20,000 bases of DNA from the IMG/VR virus record IMGVR_UViG_3300024999_000092; one strand, given 5' to 3'. Each line of letters opens with the position of its first letter. Within the stretch, counting starts at the first letter, position 1. Under the pieces are notes generated by a model, which saw only the letters and a program-made list of their open reading frames with translations, did not search any database and had not been told where the DNA came from. Made by a program: the position numbers and the translations under genes. The stretch is from an uncultured virus (IMG/VR IMGVR_UViG_3300024999_000092). Taxonomy: Duplodnaviria > Heunggongvirae > Uroviricota > Caudoviricetes. Positions 15,607 through 20,000 of this stretch are shown here, in pieces.

Positions 15607-16845
15607 TCACCAACTTAAAACCTCCTCGTCTTCCTCAGTGGCTAAAACGGTAACAACATTGTCGGACGGATATACCTTTTTAATCATCTTCTTAATCATG
15701 CCAGGGTGCAAATCCATAACCTGCACCTTCCGCATCCTCTCTTTGGCCTGAAATATACACCTGCCGGGACATTCGAGATATGCCGCTTGGTTGCGTTCTT
15801 CGCCCAATACCATTCTACTATACCGGCGAGAACTCACCTTAAAGGCTATCGTTGCCGGTATTAACGATCTAACCTCGCCGGATACAACCTTACATGAAGG
15901 GTGCTGCGTGCAAATAATCGTGTGGATCCCAGCAAACCGACCTTGTTGCACCAGCGTTAACGCTAACTTTTTTGCATCTTCGTCAAGACTCATCCATTCA
16001 TCAATAACGATAACGGCATGAGACATTTTATCCTTGCCTACCTTGTTGTAATCGGCAATAGAGGACACGTTGGCTTTGCTAATCAACTTAGCTCGGTAAT
16101 CCAATTCTGCGAATGCGGCAGTGAGCACTCTCTTTGCGCCGGCCAAATTGCAAGCGAAATCTTTAACGTGCGGAGCCAATTGAAACCCCGACAATTCAAC
16201 GCCGCCCTGCTTCATATCAACTAGATAAAGAATAACTTCATTTAGAGTATAGTTAATGACAAGAGACATTAACGCCTGCCGGATAAACGATGATTTACCG
16301 CCCCCAGGCATCCCGGCAATTAACACGGAAAAACATTCATCATCGGATAGATTAAGCATAACCAAACCCTCCCTACCAATACCCACAGGCACGGCACAAG
16401 GGTATTTCTTTGCCCGACTAGCCAAACTATCTACATACTTAAAGCGCCTCGGTATGCCCCTTGTAAACGCTCTTAGATGGATATAACCCTTGTTATCCTG
16501 CGTGATCTGCACTTCTGCATTTAAGGCAGATTCTAGCTGAGCATGGTATTTAAAGAAGTCACCTATCCATATGCCGGGATAAGTTTTAACGATCATGTGA
16601 ATTCCGTAATCTGTCTTAATCTGCTTCATAATTACGGGCCTGCTGACTTTTCCGCTTTCTCTGTCCGTCCGCTCCATTCCGACATTTTTAAATAGTTCCT
16701 TAGCTTTGTCACGTTTATTTTCGCTGTACTTATCCGCAAAATATTTCACCACATCGGTTATGCAGCGGGCCCCGGCATCTACTCCTAGCCAAATAGCCTT
16801 ACCTAAACCATCAAACGCATTTGCCGAACCGTAACCATTACTCAT
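15607..16845 (-). CDS. FtsK/SpoIIIE domain ATPase
   Basis: VLIAGMPGGGKS, LYLVDMKQGGVEL, IVIDE, GRFAGIHTIICTQHP, PGRCIF. Likely ATG at 16845. Confidence 0.9.
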   Translation of the reverse strand: MSNGYGSANAFDGLGKAIWLGVDAGARCITDVVKYFADKYSENKRDKAKELFKNVGMERTDRESGKVSRPVIMKQIKTDYGIHMIVKTYPGIWIGDFFKYHAQLESALNAEVQITQDNKGYIHLRAFTRGIPRRFKYVDSLASRAKKYPCAVPVGIGREGLVMLNLSDDECFSVLIAGMPGGGKSSFIRQALMSLVINYTLNEVILYLVDMKQGGVELSGFQLAPHVKDFACNLAGAKRVLTAAFAELDYRAKLISKANVSSIADYNKVGKDKMSHAVIVIDEWMSLDEDAKKLALTLVQQGRFAGIHTIICTQHPSCKVVSGEVRSLIPATIAFKVSSRRYSRMVLGEERNQAAYLECPGRCIFQAKERMRKVQVMDLHPGMIKKMIKKVYPSDNVVTVLATEEDEEVLSW

Positions 16846-16987
16846 TTCCCCACGACTCCTTGCTGTCCGGGATATTGTCTGTCTCAGTCCACACCGATTT
16901 AATTTTCTCACGCTTCATGTAAAGTATTTCGATTAAACTATAGACGCTGATAGTTAATAATGTCGTGCCGATTGTCATTAAAGCCAT
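16838..16987 (-). CDS. Small single-TM protein
   Basis: MALMTIGTTLLTISVYSLIEILY..., GGAG RBS, coupled to FtsK. Confidence 0.55.
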   Translation of the reverse strand: MALMTIGTTLLTISVYSLIEILYMKREKIKSVWTETDNIPDSKESWGNE

Positions 16988-17202
16988 GCGTCGCTCCACT
17001 CCTTTGAATATTTTACTTCTTTCCATCCGACAAGCACATCACCCTTAACACCCCTGGCCTTTAGGATATACTGTTTATCCTTACGCCAGTCTAAGGACAT
17101 GCTATAAAGTTCTCTTTCGGGATAGATAGAATCAAGGGTATCAAACATTGCTTTGTTGTCAAGGGATTTAGCATGTGAGTGACTCATAAGCATATCGAAC
17201 AA
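16978..17202 (-). CDS. Hypothetical protein (first gene of the FtsK cassette)
   Basis: 74 aa, TTG start after GGGGGTGG. Confidence 0.6.
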   Translation of the reverse strand: MFDMLMSHSHAKSLDNKAMFDTLDSIYPERELYSMSLDWRKDKQYILKARGVKGDVLVGWKEVKYSKEWSDAWL

Positions 17203-17223
17203 CTGACCACCCCCTGTTGTTAT

Positions 17224-17254
17224 AAGTTATGCAGGGGGAATTTGTCCATATTGC
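17224..17254 (-). promoter_or_regulatory. Sigma-E/sigma-K-like sporulation promoter
   Basis: GCAATAT-GGACAAAT-N8-CATAACTT, with a CATA-N3-T type -10. Confidence 0.45.
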
Positions 17255-17286
17255 AGGTAAGTTTTAGGGAGAAGTAGTTGAAAGTG

Positions 17287-17369
17287 AAAAAAAATAGGCC
17301 GACCGTGGTAGGCGACCTTTCGTAGATATACTTCGGATTATTTACGCCAGTAAGATAGTCCGGTAATAT
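17287..17369 (-). ncRNA. Putative small RNA (hairpin + terminator)
   Basis: Hairpin CGGA-C-TAT-C-TTAC-TGGC-GTAA-ATA-A-TCCG (17362-17334). Terminator AGGTCG...CGGCCT plus T8 (17318-17287). Upstream CATAGAAT at 17383-17376. Confidence 0.4.
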
Positions 17370-17398
17370 GTAGTTATTCTATGCCGGACGTTATTTGT

Positions 17399-17458
17399 CC
17401 TGCAAACGGTATGAATCTACCGTAAACGGTTGTATTAACATTTACCGAGTGATATAAT
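17399..17458 (+). promoter_or_regulatory. Sigma-A promoter with paired operators (moron 1)
   Basis: TTGTAT(17430)-17bp-TATAAT(17453) with TGn. Operators CCTGCAAACGGT 17399 and ACCGTAAACGGT 17419. Confidence 0.7.
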
Positions 17459-17491
17459 TTAATGACTAATAGAGGACTATGGAGGGATAGA

Positions 17492-17977
17492 ATGGATACC
17501 AAGGATTTGATAGAAAAGTTATCCGAGAAAGTGCATGACGCATGGATGAAGGAAAAAGCGGCACAGGGTTTTCATGCACCAAACGATTGCCCTAATATGG
17601 GGAAATTAAGCACGGCAATGTGTAAAAAATGCCATACCGATATGTACCCCTACGAAGAATTGCCGGAAAATATAAAGGACTATGACCGCGTAACAGTTAA
17701 TGCTGTTTTACAGGCATTGGATGATTTGGGCATTAAGTTAAAGGAAAGCACCCAAAAAACAGGACTTAACTTCGGCCAGGCGTTAGAACAGGTGAAACAT
17801 GGTAAAGGTATGCGCTTACCTGCATGGCAATCTGACGTTGTTATTAGGGCGCAATATCCTGACGAAAACAGCAAAATGACCTCACCTTATTTATATGTCG
17901 AAAGTCGCTTTGGACGAGTGCCTTGGAAAGAAACGATGATCGAGTTATTTTCTGAACAATGGGAAATAGTTGACTAA
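17492..17977 (+). CDS. RyR-domain / Tad2 (DUF2829)-like fusion; putative anti-defence signal sponge
   Basis: N-half LSEKVHDAWMKEKAAQGF...HTDMYPYEELPENIKDYDR resembles a RyR repeat. C-half LNFGQALEQVKHGKGMRLPAW...SKMTSPYLYV...VPWKETMIELFSEQWEIVD resembles DUF2829. ATG 17492 after GGAGGG. Confidence 0.8.
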   Translation: MDTKDLIEKLSEKVHDAWMKEKAAQGFHAPNDCPNMGKLSTAMCKKCHTDMYPYEELPENIKDYDRVTVNAVLQALDDLGIKLKESTQKTGLNFGQALEQVKHGKGMRLPAWQSDVVIRAQYPDENSKMTSPYLYVESRFGRVPWKETMIELFSEQWEIVD

Positions 17978-17987
17978 CTCAAACACA

Positions 17988-18022
17988 CAAAACTCTCTCT
18001 AGTTGAGGGAGTTTTTATTTTT
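17988..18022 (+). terminator. Intrinsic terminator
   Basis: AAAACTCTCT-CTAGTTG-AGGGAGTTTT followed by a T-rich tail. Confidence 0.75.
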
Positions 18023-18027
18023 CATCT

Positions 18028-18087
18028 ACTGTATACAATATTCATCTACCTAATACGGTTGCAACATAACTAACCCGATGATATAAT
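18028..18087 (+). promoter_or_regulatory. Sigma-A promoter with paired operators (moron 2)
   Basis: TTGCAA(18059)-17bp-TATAAT(18082) with TGn. Operators ACTGTATACAAT 18028 and ACCTAATACGGT 18048. Confidence 0.7.
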
Positions 18088-18092
18088 AATTA

Positions 18093-18268
18093 CAGAATCG
18101 CTACGCCTCTGTCTCGCGTGATATGCGCACATGGCGGTTACTCCAACACCAACCTGCAAAGAAAGGAAGTGAATACCCTCCATGGACAAATAATTATTGA
18201 ATCTAGTAGTAGTGTGCTCAATAGAATATTAGCCGTTAGAATGGACGCATATAGCGTTCTTTTTTTTG
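18093..18268 (+). ncRNA. Promoter- and terminator-bounded transcript with no convincing ORF
   Basis: 5' stem AATCGCTA...TGGCGGTT. RBS-like AGAAAGGAAGTGA followed by ATG GAC AAA TAA. Terminator ACGC-ATATA-GCGT plus T run. Confidence 0.4.
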
Positions 18269-18271
18269 CGT

Positions 18272-18306
18272 AAAAATAAAAACCCGGCAACCATGACAGT
18301 CACCGG
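18272..18306 (-). terminator. Terminator of the lysis operon
   Basis: CCCGG...CCGGG stem followed by a U-rich run on the minus strand. Confidence 0.55.
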
Positions 18307-18326
18307 GCATAAGAAAGTCATTCGCG

Positions 18327-18551
18327 TTATTGTAGCTTAACCGCTTTGTCGGAATCCTTATTCGTTTCTGCACCGACTAAATTACTGTAAAATCTACCAC
18401 CAGTAGCTAAACCTATGCTTGTGCCGAATATAAATATCAACTCTTTTATATTATCTAGCGGTTTACCGATTAGACACGTATATAGATATGTAGTCAGGCA
18501 AATAGCCATGCAAGCAGCGAAAAACCAGTCCATTTTAGTGAATTCTTTCAT
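18327..18551 (-). CDS. Holin-like two-TM protein
   Basis: Two hydrophobic helices and a charged C-tail, in the lysis operon. ATG 18551 after GGGAGGGG. Confidence 0.65.
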   Translation of the reverse strand: MKEFTKMDWFFAACMAICLTTYLYTCLIGKPLDNIKELIFIFGTSIGLATGGRFYSNLVGAETNKDSDKAVKLQ

Positions 18552-18591
18552 CTTATCCCCTCCCAATATTACTTCGGAATAACTTCGGAAA

Positions 18592-18915
18592 TTAAATTCC
18601 GATTAAGCAAATTAACAGTTGTCCTATGTGTAAACTCTGGTCAATCCATAAGTCCCTGGTCAATGCAAATGTTTTATCATCTTTCCGCGCTTTCCATCGG
18701 TCAATAAAGAAATGTCCGATCAGCAATACGGCAACCTTCCACCAAGTAAATAAGTCAAAGTAGATAAGTCCAGCAGAAATTGCGCCGGACCACATAAACG
18801 CATGAGCAAATAACAGATAGTCGAATTTGCCCTTCATGTTAGCCAAAAACTCACCCTGTAGCGGAAAGTCGGCTATAAAGTGTAGAGCAACTAGAAAGAA
18901 AAGTGTCGTTAGCAT
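18592..18915 (-). CDS. DUF3307 family membrane protein
   Basis: HFIADFPLQ, LFAH, HFFIDRWK and IDQSLH motifs. Confidence 0.8.
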   Translation of the reverse strand: MLTTLFFLVALHFIADFPLQGEFLANMKGKFDYLLFAHAFMWSGAISAGLIYFDLFTWWKVAVLLIGHFFIDRWKARKDDKTFALTRDLWIDQSLHIGQLLICLIGI

Positions 18916-19592
18916 TATTTAATCATCCCCTTATCCAACATCTTACAGATAATAGCGGCCATTTGCTCACGGGTTAGTGGTGCTTCTGGTTTAAAACGCC
19001 CGTCACCGCCCCCTACCATTAGGCCAAGTTCCTTGACTCTAGCAATATGTCCGGCACTCCATCTATCCCCGGCAACGTCAGGGAATGGACCAGGAACAGT
19101 CCGTAAGTCAGTAAATAATCTATCCCACGGAAACGCTGGACCTGGACAATTGGGACGGTTAACGCTGTCAATGCGGTAATGTCCGATGATGTGATCCTTA
19201 TCTATGGGAATACCATGTTTAGCGATTAACTGTTTATGTAGCCAGAGAGTTGCTTGATATTGTTCCTCGGTCAAATTTCCATCACCACCGACACCAGTAT
19301 ATCCTTCATGTTCAATACCGATAGTATAGCGGTTAGGATTCACCCCATTATATAGCGGCCAATTTGGCTTATTCAGACCGCCTGCGTGCCATGCTGAGTT
19401 TTCATCCGCTACCAACTGGACAATCTCACCGGCGCGACTAATAACATAGTGTGCGCTTGCCTTGGATGCTGGATTACATAACCATGATACCGCACCACTA
19501 AATGAACCTGCGGTAATATGGTTCACGATGGCAATAATCTTGCTGCCCTGTCTGCTGCTGAAATTCTTACTCAGTTTTTGTTTTATTTCCAT
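18915..19592 (-). CDS. Endolysin: N-acetylmuramoyl-L-alanine amidase (Amidase_2) with C-terminal SLH domain
   Basis: IVNHIT, SAHYVI, AWHAG, TIGIEHEG, IIGH, CPG. SLH motif FPDV...W...GLMVG...FKPEAPLTREQMA. Confidence 0.92.
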   Translation of the reverse strand: MEIKQKLSKNFSSRQGSKIIAIVNHITAGSFSGAVSWLCNPASKASAHYVISRAGEIVQLVADENSAWHAGGLNKPNWPLYNGVNPNRYTIGIEHEGYTGVGGDGNLTEEQYQATLWLHKQLIAKHGIPIDKDHIIGHYRIDSVNRPNCPGPAFPWDRLFTDLRTVPGPFPDVAGDRWSAGHIARVKELGLMVGGGDGRFKPEAPLTREQMAAIICKMLDKGMIK

Positions 19593-19607
19593 AGCGGGTT
19601 ATCCTCC

Positions 19608-19895
19608 CTACTCCCTAAACTTCTTCTTAATCAAGGCCAGTCTCTTGTCCCCGATGCCCCTAATCAAATCTAACTCTTTCAATACGATAGGTTTATGTTT
19701 CTGTCGATACTCAATTACTCTCTCAGTCAGCACCGGGCCCATACCCTTAATACTGACCAATTCTGACCTTAGTTGATTGTCGGTTAGTTGGTTGATGTCT
19801 TGTTTTTCCCCGATAGTGCAGACGAAAAACAATACTGCTGTAGATAAGATAATGGATAATAAGATTACCGATGCTTGTCCACGATGTATTTTCAT
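19608..19895 (-). CDS. ComEA-like helix-hairpin-helix protein with N-terminal TM
   Basis: Hydrophobic N-terminus, DINQ...LVSIKGMGPVLTERVIEYR...LDLIRGIGDKRLALIK. Confidence 0.85.
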   Translation of the reverse strand: MKIHRGQASVILLSIILSTAVLFFVCTIGEKQDINQLTDNQLRSELVSIKGMGPVLTERVIEYRQKHKPIVLKELDLIRGIGDKRLALIKKKFRE

Positions 19896-19999
19896 TTAGC
19901 CAACCACCCACAAATGCCCATTAGTGCCGCTATGAGTGTTGATGCCCATACTGGAGGACGGTTCTGGAATGTTTTATACATTTCATCCATGCGCTTCAA
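19892..19999 (-). CDS. XhlA/holin-like membrane protein, 3' part only
   Basis: ...LKRMDEMYKTFQNRPPVWASTLIAALMGICGWLAK* with ATGA overlap to the next gene. Confidence 0.5.
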   Translation of the reverse strand: MKRMDEMYKTFQNRPPVWASTLIAALMGICGWLAK

Positions 20000-20000
20000 T

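Noticed and set aside
14191..16486. Plus-strand ORFs across the FtsK cassette
   Set aside because: They are antisense shadows with no RBS or motifs.
17287..17369. Possible ribozyme or riboswitch (CTGGCG, CGAAA motifs)
   Set aside because: It lacks the hammerhead CUGANGA core and the ZTP riboswitch pseudoknot elements. I kept it only as a generic sRNA candidate.
18169..18273. 34-aa GTG-start ORF in moron 2
   Set aside because: The GTG lies inside the RBS-like sequence and the frame runs through the terminator.
18571..18590. ACTTCGGAA tandem repeat
   Set aside because: Only two 9-bp copies in a short spacer, with no supporting context.
1..20000. CRISPR array, tRNA, rRNA, IS element, integrase, reverse transcriptase
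   Set aside because: I saw no regularly spaced repeats, cloverleaf, transposase, recombinase or RT motifs by eye.

Overview
This is a 20 kb stretch of a temperate phage or phage-plasmid of a spore-forming Firmicute, probably a clostridial host given the SLH-tagged endolysin and a Spo0E-like gene. Most genes are on the minus strand. From right to left it contains: a lysis region (partial XhlA/holin-like gene, ComEA-like HhH protein, Amidase_2-SLH endolysin, DUF3307 protein, holin); two plus-strand morons, one encoding a RyR-domain/Tad2(DUF2829)-like fusion that is a candidate dual immune-signal sponge; an FtsK/SpoIIIE + replication-relaxation cassette behind sporulation-type promoters; a divergent RHH/HNH pair; an array of small accessory genes (ABA-sandwich, YopX, Zn-ribbons); an HTH/coiled-coil (Par/RacA-like) gene behind an antisense-RNA-type leader; a LexA-box-preceded 65-aa ORF; a CI/Cro switch; and an early operon (YopX, HD hydrolase, Gp3/RDF-like protein, SNF2-like helicase, N4/N6 DNA methyltransferase, Spo0E-like phosphatase). 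No integrase lies between the lysis and immunity genes. A 12-bp operator, often paired 20 bp apart, links the CI/Cro switch to both moron promoters. All family assignments come from motif recognition by eye, not database searches.
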